From: Geotalea daltonii FRC-32
GTDB taxonomy: Bacteria; Desulfobacterota; Desulfuromonadia; Geobacterales; Geobacteraceae
DNA length: 32,000 nt
Direction: 5' to 3'
Assembly: GCF_000022265.1 (NCBI RefSeq)
Contig: NC_011979.1
Coordinates: forward strand, 1,860,001-1,892,000
Of this stretch, positions 16,282-24,242 are shown one piece after another. Positions within the stretch are counted from its first letter, which is position 1; each line of letters opens with the position of its first letter. A program made the translations under genes and the position numbers. The notes under the pieces are model-generated. The model was not told the origin of the DNA. It saw nothing but the letters and a program-made list of their open reading frames with translations, and ran no database searches.

Positions 16282-17274
16282 TTAGAAATTTACATTCACA
16301 TTGACATTTGTCGTGGTCGGAACAGCCGGTGGCGGAGGAGGGGGTGGTGTGGCTGTTGCCGGTGCAACCACCGGCGGCGGAGGTGGCGGTGCCTGTGTGG
16401 TCGTCTTCACTGAAGACGTGGGAGCTGTTGTGATTGCCGACGGTATGGTGCTGCCCATAAGAGCGGTTCCTGTGGATGTCGGTGCAATAGTGGTGGTCAA
16501 CGATGCTGACTGACTGAGAATGTCTGTGCCTTCTGTCTGGTTTCCGTTTGCTGCCGGGGTTGACTGGGCCGCCGGCTGACCGGTCCCCTGGGTGCCGGAT
16601 TGACCGCCGCTTTCTGTCTTGGGCGTCGTTACACCTTTTTCCATATGCTGTGTTTCTGCCGGCAGCGCCTGGCGCGGGGGCTGTGGCGGAGCGCCGGGGG
16701 CAATGGTGGTTATATTGCCAGCCGTGACGGTGACTATCCGGTCGGGCATGCGTCGATTATAGGTATAGACGCTTCCCTGGCGGACCAGGACGCCGGTCAT
16801 GCTTCGGTCGTGGCTGACGATGAAATCGGTTCCCCTGACGCCGGCAACGGCATTGGGGGTATGAACCTCGAAACGCCGCCCCTCTCCGGCCCGCTTGACC
16901 CTGACAGGATCGACGATGGCTTCCACCTTGCCCCTCGGCAATCGCACGTTGGCGCCGTTTTCCCGCTGTCCGGAAAAATATGTCCCGATGTCGATACGGC
17001 TTCTTTGAGCAACCTTGAGGATGGTGCCGTCCTTGAACTGGATCTCCGCAAAGCTGCCGCTCCTGGTGCGGACAAAATCACCCTCACCGAGCTTGTCCCC
17101 GGTTTTGACCGTAACTGCCGGCAGTTTGCCGTTACGCAGCACATCAACGGTTCCGCTTACGATTTTGAAAGAGGCAATGTCCTCTGCCGCCAGGACTGTG
17201 CTTGAACCCATCACAACCAAGGTGAAAAGCAGAGCCAGCTGCAGGAATAGTGATCTGCCCGGTATGTCGATCAT
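16282..17274 (-). CDS. FecR-domain protein with a Thr/Ser/Gln-rich and poly-proline C-terminal tail
   Basis: Signal or anchor peptide, then FecR-type blocks (GTVDVLRNG, TGDKLGEGDFVRTRSGSFAEIQFKDGTILKVAQRSRIDI, HTPNAVAGVRGTDFIV). The tail is ..QAPPPPPPVVAPATATPPPPPPPAVPTTTNVNVNVNF. SD GAGGTG overlaps the upstream gene's stop codon. Confidence 0.7.
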   Translation of the reverse strand: MIDIPGRSLFLQLALLFTLVVMGSSTVLAAEDIASFKIVSGTVDVLRNGKLPAVTVKTGDKLGEGDFVRTRSGSFAEIQFKDGTILKVAQRSRIDIGTYFSGQRENGANVRLPRGKVEAIVDPVRVKRAGEGRRFEVHTPNAVAGVRGTDFIVSHDRSMTGVLVRQGSVYTYNRRMPDRIVTVTAGNITTIAPGAPPQPPRQALPAETQHMEKGVTTPKTESGGQSGTQGTGQPAAQSTPAANGNQTEGTDILSQSASLTTTIAPTSTGTALMGSTIPSAITTAPTSSVKTTTQAPPPPPPVVAPATATPPPPPPPAVPTTTNVNVNVNF

Positions 17275-17283
17275 GTGTTCACC

Positions 17284-18762
17284 TCAAAAGCGGACTTCAA
17301 CCCCTGTTGAATAGACATTGCGGTCATACTCGTAGAGGGCCAGGTTGGAAAAATCCGAGGCGTGGAAATACTGGAAATTGACAAATATGCCGTCGGTTAG
17401 TTCATGGCTAAGGTTGACGGTAGCCGCATAGGTGGCGTCTTCCCGCTTCATGCCATAGACCGTGTGATTGTTGAGGTAATTCTGCCAAAACCCCTCAAGA
17501 GATATAATGACGCTGGTCCTTGAAGCGAGGGGCAGAAGCAGATCTGCATTAAGCCTGTTCCCCAGATAGGACCAATTGTTACCCTGTGCATCCTCCAGGG
17601 AAAATTCGTAGCGAAGGTTGAAAAAGCCTCTCTCTTCGGCAAACAGATAGATGTAGCCCATCTGCCCTGCATAGCCGTCGGCATCGCGATTTTCAGATGA
17701 GACGGTATTCTGCAGGTAATTGCGTCTGCTGTAACCGAACGACGCCTGCCCCAGGTGATCAGATGCGAAAAAGGCGGTGGCGGTTGGTTTGACCGTAACT
17801 TGATTGGAGTATGCCTCGTAGCTCAGAAGTGTGTAGTTGAAAGACACTGGCAGGGAGAACATCAACTGTGGCGTCAGGCGATAAGCGGGCGCCAGGGTGA
17901 CTCCCTGGGAGAGCTGACTGTATTCGTCACGCTTGAAGTAAGAGTTGTTGTACAGGGAATACTGGCCATTGAAAAGCCATGGTCCCCTGGCAGGCATCTC
18001 ATAAAGGATGCGCAGATTTTGATTGCTGCTCCAGTCATGGGGCGTGGGCAGAAAGAGACCAGGTACATCCTGGGACGGTTTTACCACCACGTTGTCGTCG
18101 TACTGCAGGTTTACTCCGGCGAAAATATGCCAGTTCCGGGGTGCAGCTGCCGTCAATCTTCTTTCATATTCTCGTGCAAAACCTGCCAGCTCGGATGAAG
18201 GGTCGCCGGAGATGACCGATTTGAGGCTTTCCTGTGCCTTGTCCCGGTCCCCCTGCTTCAGGTATATCTGGGCGATCTGGAAGTCCGCCTGCTGTGCCAA
18301 GGCGGGATCGATTTCCTTGGCCTTGATCAAGGCGGCCACTGCTCCTTCGCTGTTATCGTTCCCAGCCAATACCTGCCCTTTCAGGAAAGCTACTCTGGCC
18401 GGTTTTACCCCGGCACTCTCTGCCATGGCAATGAATTTGCCCGCCTCTGCGAAATCGTTCTGCAGATAAAGTAGCTCAATGAGCTCAGGATATGCGTCAG
18501 AAACCATCGGTTCAAGCTTCAGGCTCATTTTCAGGTTGGCCACGGCTTGTTCCAGGTTGCCGGTTTGCTTCAGGGCCAGCCCGAGATGGTAAGCGACTGC
18601 TGAAGATGTTGGCTGCTCCTTTTGAGCTGCAGCCAGAATTTCCTGGGCTTCCTCGAAACGTTCCGCCTGATACTCGTTGATTCCGAGTTCAAGCTGTTCC
18701 TGGCCTGCCAGCGCGGTTGACGGCAGCAGAAAGACCATCAGCAATAATAATATACGTGGCAT
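17284..18762 (-). CDS. TPR-repeat N-domain fused to an outer-membrane beta-barrel (Slam/DUF560-like architecture; family not verified)
   Basis: SD AGGAG. Signal peptide MPRILLLLMVFLLPSTALA|GQ. About 180 aa of TPR-like helices (AYHLGLALKQTGNLEQAVANLKMSLKLEP ...). Then ~290 aa of alternating Tyr/Asn/Gly-rich strands ending ..STGVEVRF. Confidence 0.6.
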   Translation of the reverse strand: MPRILLLLMVFLLPSTALAGQEQLELGINEYQAERFEEAQEILAAAQKEQPTSSAVAYHLGLALKQTGNLEQAVANLKMSLKLEPMVSDAYPELIELLYLQNDFAEAGKFIAMAESAGVKPARVAFLKGQVLAGNDNSEGAVAALIKAKEIDPALAQQADFQIAQIYLKQGDRDKAQESLKSVISGDPSSELAGFAREYERRLTAAAPRNWHIFAGVNLQYDDNVVVKPSQDVPGLFLPTPHDWSSNQNLRILYEMPARGPWLFNGQYSLYNNSYFKRDEYSQLSQGVTLAPAYRLTPQLMFSLPVSFNYTLLSYEAYSNQVTVKPTATAFFASDHLGQASFGYSRRNYLQNTVSSENRDADGYAGQMGYIYLFAEERGFFNLRYEFSLEDAQGNNWSYLGNRLNADLLLPLASRTSVIISLEGFWQNYLNNHTVYGMKREDATYAATVNLSHELTDGIFVNFQYFHASDFSNLALYEYDRNVYSTGVEVRF

Positions 18763-18868
18763 GGCAGCTCCTGAAACAATGTTTTGTCAGGAAAAGTTTT
18801 TCACTAAATTTTCTTTCCTGTCAATACTTTTTACGTGTAATTGCAACAGATTTCCGTAAAAATAAATT

Positions 18869-19204
18869 TTAAACATCGTTATTTTTGCCCCACCTTTCAT
18901 TCATTCTCTTATGGTGGATGGCATTTTCGGCGCTGACCTCGTCCAGTATCCGCTCGGCCTCTTCTGCAGTCAGGCCGACACTGGGCCGGACGCCCATCCA
19001 ATGGGTGAGGTCGCCGCTGGGATTATCAAGGGGCTGTGGGATGGGGGGGCCCGGTTTGAACCGGTCATTGAGAAAAAGGGCGGCCTCATATTGGCCATTT
19101 CTCATCACCAGCCGCACTTCTGCAAAGAAATCGTTTTGCAGCCGTTTCATGATGATGATGTCTTTCACGGTCATGTCCGGGGGCACGTCTATCAAATCAG
19201 CCAT
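18869..19204 (-). CDS. Hypothetical protein (111 aa)
   Basis: ORF with GGAG 8 nt upstream of ATG 19204. The longer 156-aa version in the track has no SD. No family was recognised. Confidence 0.4.
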   Translation of the reverse strand: MADLIDVPPDMTVKDIIIMKRLQNDFFAEVRLVMRNGQYEAALFLNDRFKPGPPIPQPLDNPSGDLTHWMGVRPSVGLTAEEAERILDEVSAENAIHHKRMNERWGKNNDV

Positions 19205-19408
19205 GGTTTTTCTCCGATATTTTGGTAGAGCTTCGATAATGGTATTTATCGGCATGTGGTAAAGTGGCTTTAGTTTTTTTGTCGGGTGCCTGTGCAATGG
19301 CAAAGGGGGGGCAGGTTTTTCTTGAAATAGACAAATCACTACTTTATTATGGCTGGCCAGTGCTGATAGCGGTCAATTCCGGATCAGACGACGCAGCCAG
19401 GGGGGGCA

Positions 19409-20461
19409 ATGGCTTTTAAAATAGCGAAAGTACGAAGAAAGCTGTTCATTCCCCTTGTAATGTCGATGGCGGTTTTTCTCTGCGGCCTCATCTACACTGT
19501 CTATCGTTTACAGTGGGATCACATCCAGTCTGATACAGTGTTGAGGCTAGATGCTTTCCACAAGAACTACCAGAGCCAGATCCAGAACGAAACCGATCTC
19601 CTCAATGCGTTTCTCGTGCTGCTCAAGGAAGATGAAAAGCTGCAGAAAGCCTGGCTGTCCGGGGACCGTCAGGCCCTGCTGCGCGATGCATTGCCAATAT
19701 TCGAGGGGTTGCGCAATCGGAGCCGGATTACCCACTTCTACTTCATTACCACCGACAAAATATGTTTTCTCCGCGTGCATAAGCCGGAAAGCTTCGGCGA
19801 CCTTATCGATCTGACCACCGTCGACATTGCCGCCCATTTGGGTAAGCCCGCCAATGGCGTGGAAATGGGACCCTATGGCACTGTGGCGTTGCGATCGGTC
19901 CACCCGTGGTACATCGACGGCAAGTTGACGGGATACATCGAACTGGGTGAAGACGTGGAGCAGCTGACCGCACGTATCTCCAAGTTGATGAACATGGAAC
20001 TTTTGTCGGTTGTGGACAAGAAATTTCTCGACAAGGGGAAATGGGAACAGGGATTGAGGATGTCGGGGCGTTATGGGAACTGGGATCAGTACAGGAACTA
20101 CGTCGTTGTTTCCACCAACAATGATAGGCAGTATCCAGGATTGGACCGCATCCTGGAAGTTTCGGACAAGGACAGGAACTTTCTCCTAAGATCGGGCGGG
20201 CGGTCGTTGAGTGGCGGTTTTGACGCATCCATAGACGCTGCAGGAAATATTATCGGCAAATTTGTGCTTTTTTCCGATGTAACCTGGGAAGAGAGAAGCA
20301 TTTACGGACTGCTGTTGAGGCTGGGGGCGCTTACGCTGGTGATCTCCGGCCTGGCCCTGGCCTTCTTCGACTGGTACATCAGCCGCATTCATTTTCAGCA
20401 GGCAGTGTCACCGGTGGAGGAGCAGAATGTTCCGGAGGCTAAGAAGCCGGCGGAACTATGA
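19409..20461 (+). CDS. Membrane-anchored extracytoplasmic Cache-like sensor-domain protein lacking any output domain
   Basis: TM helix 1 is LFIPLVMSMAVFLCGLIYTVY. The ~270-aa periplasmic region carries blocks seen in Cache-type sensor domains of Geobacter kinases (ITHFYFITTDKICFLRVHKPESFGD, GVEMGPYGTVALRSVHPWYIDGKLTGYIELGEDV). TM helix 2 is LLLRLGALTLVISGLALAFF. Only ~30 cytoplasmic residues follow. Confidence 0.55.
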   Translation: MAFKIAKVRRKLFIPLVMSMAVFLCGLIYTVYRLQWDHIQSDTVLRLDAFHKNYQSQIQNETDLLNAFLVLLKEDEKLQKAWLSGDRQALLRDALPIFEGLRNRSRITHFYFITTDKICFLRVHKPESFGDLIDLTTVDIAAHLGKPANGVEMGPYGTVALRSVHPWYIDGKLTGYIELGEDVEQLTARISKLMNMELLSVVDKKFLDKGKWEQGLRMSGRYGNWDQYRNYVVVSTNNDRQYPGLDRILEVSDKDRNFLLRSGGRSLSGGFDASIDAAGNIIGKFVLFSDVTWEERSIYGLLLRLGALTLVISGLALAFFDWYISRIHFQQAVSPVEEQNVPEAKKPAEL

Positions 20462-20471
20462 CCGGGGCGGC

Positions 20472-21242
20472 TTATTTCCCCTCCTGAAGGCGGCCCAACA
20501 GCCTGAGCAGGCCGTCAAGTATGGTGAACGGGTGGGGAGGGCAGCCAGGGATATAAAGATCCACAGGTAGCAGCCCATCCACACCATTGTGCACCTCCGG
20601 CGAGTCCATGAAAGGCCCTCCGTTGATGGCACAGGCACCGCTGGCGATGACGATTTTCGGTGCCGGCACTGCCTCATAGGTCTTCAGCAGCGCTTCCCGC
20701 ATATTTTCAGTAACCGGACCGGTCACCAGGATGCCGTCGGCATGGCGCGGCGATGCCACGAACTGGATGCCGAATCGTCCCAGGTCCCAAGCCACCGTTG
20801 ACAGAACGTTCACATCTGCCTCACAGGCATTGCACCCCCCTGCACATACCTCACGCAGTTTCAGAGACCGGCCGAAGAGGGAAAGCATTTTTGCTTCCAG
20901 CGCTTCGGTTAATTTCCGCTCTCCATCCGAAGATACGATCAAATCCCGGCGAGTTCTTGCCGCCAGCTTCTCATCGCGGCTGAACCTGATGGCTCCATGG
21001 GGGCACGACAGGGTGCACTCCGGACAGAACAGGCATTTGCCCATATCCAGTGCCAGACAGTTTTCATTGCGGCTGATGGCGCCGAATGGACAGGCATTGG
21101 CACACAGACGGCAGTCGGCAGGGCAGGCCTCGGCGTTGAGGACAGGGTAACCGCGGAAAAGCTCAGGCAATTGTGCCGGTTCATCGGGATATTTCAGGGT
21201 GCGGTGTTTCTGGTGGATGCGGGCGAGTATGGTTTTAAGCAT
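20472..21242 (-). CDS. Fused 2x[4Fe-4S] ferredoxin (HycF/NuoI-like) and NuoB/HycG-like small subunit of an Ehr/group-4-hydrogenase-type complex
   Basis: The N-terminal part has CPADCRLCANACP and CLFCPECTLSCP. The C-terminal part has GGCNAC, SPRHADGILVTG, ASGACAINGG and IPGCPP, the four NuoB-type cluster cysteines. Confidence 0.8.
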   Translation of the reverse strand: MLKTILARIHQKHRTLKYPDEPAQLPELFRGYPVLNAEACPADCRLCANACPFGAISRNENCLALDMGKCLFCPECTLSCPHGAIRFSRDEKLAARTRRDLIVSSDGERKLTEALEAKMLSLFGRSLKLREVCAGGCNACEADVNVLSTVAWDLGRFGIQFVASPRHADGILVTGPVTENMREALLKTYEAVPAPKIVIASGACAINGGPFMDSPEVHNGVDGLLPVDLYIPGCPPHPFTILDGLLRLLGRLQEGK

Positions 21243-21284
21243 AATATCCTCAGCTAAAAATATCGTCGGCAGATCGTTCGTACG

Positions 21285-22808
21285 TTAAAGGTCGAATCCG
21301 CAGTAGGACAGGTTGAAGCTCTTATTGCACAGGGGAAAATCCGATATCTGCTGGCCGCGCAGGGCCATGGCCAGTCCCGGCCAGTTATGGAAAGATGGAT
21401 CGACAATCTTGTAACGACTGAACCTGCCCGATTCGTCGGTCAGCGCCACATGACAGACCTCTCCTCGCCAGCCTTCGGTCAAGGCCACGGCAAGCCTTTC
21501 TCCGGCCGGCGCCCCCATATGGGTAGCATGGCGACCGCTGGGCAACTGACGCAGCTGTTCCTCCAGGAACTCCAGTGATTTTTCCGCTTCCAGCCATCTG
21601 ACCAGAGTCCGCCCGTAAACGTCTCCGCTTCTGGCGGTAACCACGGGAATCTGGCTCATCTGATAGATGCCGAAAGGGAAATCCTGGCGTGTATCGGTGG
21701 CAATGCCACAGGCTCTTGCTGCTGGGCCGGTGAGGGCGAGCTCTTTGGCCGTTTCCCTGCTGACGGTACCAGTGGCTTCAAGGCGGGCAAGCACCGAAGG
21801 GGTCGCCCAGATAAGATCGACGGCATTGGTCAGATCTTTTCGCGCTGATGCCAGTCGCTGCAGGAGTTCGTCCGACTGTTTCCGGCTGCAGTCGAAGCCG
21901 GTACCGCCGGGGCGGATCAGCCCCCGGCTGAAGCGACTGCCGCAAAGGATGGCGCTCATATTGAGGAAATCGCCCCTGATACGGCCACAGTAGGACGAGG
22001 TGGGAAGGTAGCCGGTGTCGCCGGCGATGGCCCCCAGGTCCCCGGTATGATTTGCCAGTCGTTCCAGTTCCAGGCCGATACCCCGTAGTACCTCTGCCTT
22101 GGCCGGCAGATGAATATTGGCCAGAGACTCCAGGATCATGCAGTGGGCCCATGCGTGGCCGACGGTGGTGTCTCCGGCTATGGTTTCCATCTCATAGAGG
22201 GTTCGTGGTTTCGGTCCGCCGATCAATGCCGCTTCGATGCCCCGGTGCTGGTATCCCAGGGCTATTTCCAGGTGGAAAACCTCTTCGCCGTGGCATTGGA
22301 AACGGAAATGTCCCGGCTCTATCACTCCGGCATGGACCGGCCCGACTGCAACTTCGTGGACTTCCTCTCCCTCGACCCGGTAGAAATCGGTGACACCGGG
22401 GAGGATGGCGCTCCTGTCGGCTCGTCCCCAGGCATCGTAACCGGGCCTGAAGGATTGGTGGAAACGGAGCGGTTTGAACCAGGGGTGTCCTTCCGGTACT
22501 ATCCCGAATTGCTCGGCGATTTCACGCTCGAAAAGATTGGCCTGTGGACAGTAAGGGGTAATGGAGGGAAAATTGCCGCTGCATTTGCTGCGCATCACTC
22601 CGATCAAGCCGTCGGCTCTGGCTGTTAGCACAACATAGAGATTAAGCTCGGCAGGGTTTCCTTCACCGAAAAAAGCGGAGATTTTCCAGCCGTGGTCTGC
22701 GGCGTTTATAATGGCCTGGAGAAATTCTTCCAGTCTCACCTCGGGGACTGCGGCAAGTGGTAAGGACTCGCCGTTGTAAAACGTCTTCATAAAGGAGGTG
22801 TCTGTCAT
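21285..22808 (-). CDS. NuoC-NuoD / HycE-like 'large subunit' lacking the [NiFe]-binding cysteines (Ehr-type)
   Basis: ATG 22808 overlaps the upstream stop codon (ATGA), with GGAGG 7 nt upstream. Conserved blocks are VGPVHAGVIEPGHFRF and LGYQHRGIE. The CxxCxxxH site reads AGDTTVGH, and the C-terminal [DE][PL]CxxCx[DE][RL] site reads NLSYCGFDL. Confidence 0.8.
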   Translation of the reverse strand: MTDTSFMKTFYNGESLPLAAVPEVRLEEFLQAIINAADHGWKISAFFGEGNPAELNLYVVLTARADGLIGVMRSKCSGNFPSITPYCPQANLFEREIAEQFGIVPEGHPWFKPLRFHQSFRPGYDAWGRADRSAILPGVTDFYRVEGEEVHEVAVGPVHAGVIEPGHFRFQCHGEEVFHLEIALGYQHRGIEAALIGGPKPRTLYEMETIAGDTTVGHAWAHCMILESLANIHLPAKAEVLRGIGLELERLANHTGDLGAIAGDTGYLPTSSYCGRIRGDFLNMSAILCGSRFSRGLIRPGGTGFDCSRKQSDELLQRLASARKDLTNAVDLIWATPSVLARLEATGTVSRETAKELALTGPAARACGIATDTRQDFPFGIYQMSQIPVVTARSGDVYGRTLVRWLEAEKSLEFLEEQLRQLPSGRHATHMGAPAGERLAVALTEGWRGEVCHVALTDESGRFSRYKIVDPSFHNWPGLAMALRGQQISDFPLCNKSFNLSYCGFDL

Positions 22809-24238
22809 GGCCGTACCTCCAAAAGCTGGGCCGATTGCTGCAGGAGTGCTTTCAGCGGGGCCGGCAGCCATAGCCCCAGTACCAGAATGATGGCCATCAG
22901 GAACAGGGGCGGCCCGACCGTAAGGAAGCTGTCACGATAGGAGGTCCTGGTGACGGCCGGTGTCATTCTGCCCATTACCACCGGCAGCACGGAGGAGGCC
23001 ATACCGAGGAAGATGATGGCCAGGAAGAGCAGGAACAGGGCTCCGACCAGGGGTTGTTTTTGGCTGAAGATGCTGCTGACGATGGTGAATTCACTGAGAA
23101 ACGGGCTGAAGGGGGGGGAGCCGGTGATGGCGATGAATCCTGCCAAAAAGAGCGCCCCCGACCATGGGACCCGGTGCAACGCTCCTTTCACCTGTTCACA
23201 ATTCTTGCTGCCATAGGCCCGGTGAATATTCCCCGAGGTGAGGAACAGGACCCCTTTGGTCAGGCCGTTGTTGATGACGTGGAACAGCGCCCCGAAGAGG
23301 GCATCGCCACCTATCCCCAAGGCTATGGCCAAAATTCCCACGTGCTCCACGCTGGAATAGGCGAGCATTCTCTTGAAATCGGCCTGCCGCACGACAAACA
23401 CGGCGGCGAAGGCCATTGAAACAAGACCCAGGACAATCATGGCATTGTGATAGAAGGCGGTTTCGCTGGCCCGCATGCAAACCTGGTAAACCCTGATGAT
23501 GGCCAGGAAGGCGCAGTTAACCAGTCCCCCTGCCAGCAACGCTCCCACCAGGCCTGGAGCCTCTCCGTAAGCGTCCGGCTTCCAGGTGTGAAGCGGCGCC
23601 AGACCCATCTTCGTGCCGAAGCCTACCAGAAGGAAGATGAAGGCAGCATTTAGCCAGGCCGGTGAAAGCTGACCCGCTGAAGCGATCAGTGGTTCCAGCA
23701 GGAGCGTGGCTTCCTTTTGGGCGACAACGGTAGAGTAGGCAAGAAAGAAGAGGCCGAGCAGGGCCAGGGCGATGCCCACCGAACAGATGAGCATGTATTT
23801 CCAGGTGGCTTCAAGGGACCGGGCATTGCGGTTGAAGTAGATGAGAGGCGCCATGGTGAGGGTGGTGGCTTCCAGGGCAACCCAGAGTAGCCCCAGATGA
23901 TGGGAAATGGTTACCAGGGTCATGGCGGACAGGCAGACGAGAAGCCCCATGCACAGGACGCGGTTTGATCGTTCCTGGCGGTGGGAGAGGTAGCCCACCG
24001 CATAGACGGCGCAGGTAAGGAAAAGAAGGGTCTCGACGCCGAGAAACAGTTTGCCGATCGGGTCCAGCACGAGCCATCCCCCCGGAGACGGGGCGGGGGG
24101 GGCAATGAATGCATCGACGGTCAGGCTCAGATGCAGAGCGGCAAAAAGGGGAAGCACCAGCGGCCGGTGGCGGTTGGAAGGTATGAACCAGGCCAGTAGT
24201 GCGCCGACCAGTGGTAGCAGAACCAGGCTGTAAAACAT
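22805..24238 (-). CDS. NuoM/N / HyfF-like antiporter-type membrane subunit
   Basis: 477-aa polytopic protein with LEATWKY, GFGTKMGLAPLHTWKPDAYGEAP and LAYSSVEH blocks. SD AAGGAG. Confidence 0.8.
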   Translation of the reverse strand: MFYSLVLLPLVGALLAWFIPSNRHRPLVLPLFAALHLSLTVDAFIAPPAPSPGGWLVLDPIGKLFLGVETLLFLTCAVYAVGYLSHRQERSNRVLCMGLLVCLSAMTLVTISHHLGLLWVALEATTLTMAPLIYFNRNARSLEATWKYMLICSVGIALALLGLFFLAYSTVVAQKEATLLLEPLIASAGQLSPAWLNAAFIFLLVGFGTKMGLAPLHTWKPDAYGEAPGLVGALLAGGLVNCAFLAIIRVYQVCMRASETAFYHNAMIVLGLVSMAFAAVFVVRQADFKRMLAYSSVEHVGILAIALGIGGDALFGALFHVINNGLTKGVLFLTSGNIHRAYGSKNCEQVKGALHRVPWSGALFLAGFIAITGSPPFSPFLSEFTIVSSIFSQKQPLVGALFLLFLAIIFLGMASSVLPVVMGRMTPAVTRTSYRDSFLTVGPPLFLMAIILVLGLWLPAPLKALLQQSAQLLEVRP

Positions 24239-24242
24239 CTAC

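Noticed and set aside
15019-17205. Plus-strand ORFs (199 aa at 15019, 138 aa at 15712, 116 aa at 15935, 201 aa at 16600) opposite the lipoprotein and FecR-domain genes.
   Set aside because: They are antisense shadows. The minus-strand genes have lipobox or signal peptides, SDs and operon spacing.
18800-18860. Possible sigma54 or sigma70 promoter for the TPR-barrel operon (minus strand CGGAAATCTGTTGCA; TTGACA followed by a poor -10).
   Set aside because: The GG-to-GC spacing is one nt short of the sigma54 consensus, and the sigma70 -10 candidate (AAAAAC) is very weak. A promoter must be here, but I cannot place it.
19298-19313. Sigma54-like element TGGCAAAGGGGGGGCA (GG and GC at correct -24/-12 spacing), ~95 nt upstream of the sensor gene.
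   Set aside because: The -12 region reads GGGCA instead of TTGCA, and it lies inside a G-run. No enhancer-binding protein gene or upstream activator sites are visible.
18869-19339. The longer 156-aa version of the hypothetical ORF, and the two 105-125-aa plus-strand ORFs overlapping it.
   Set aside because: Only ATG 19204 has an SD (GGAG). The upstream 45 codons run through the divergent promoter region. Even the 111-aa version remains low-confidence.
22809-22871. 21-codon N-terminal extension of the HycE-like ORF.
   Set aside because: It overlaps the end of the upstream NuoN-like gene. ATG 22808 has a GGAGG SD and forms the classic ATGA stop/start overlap.
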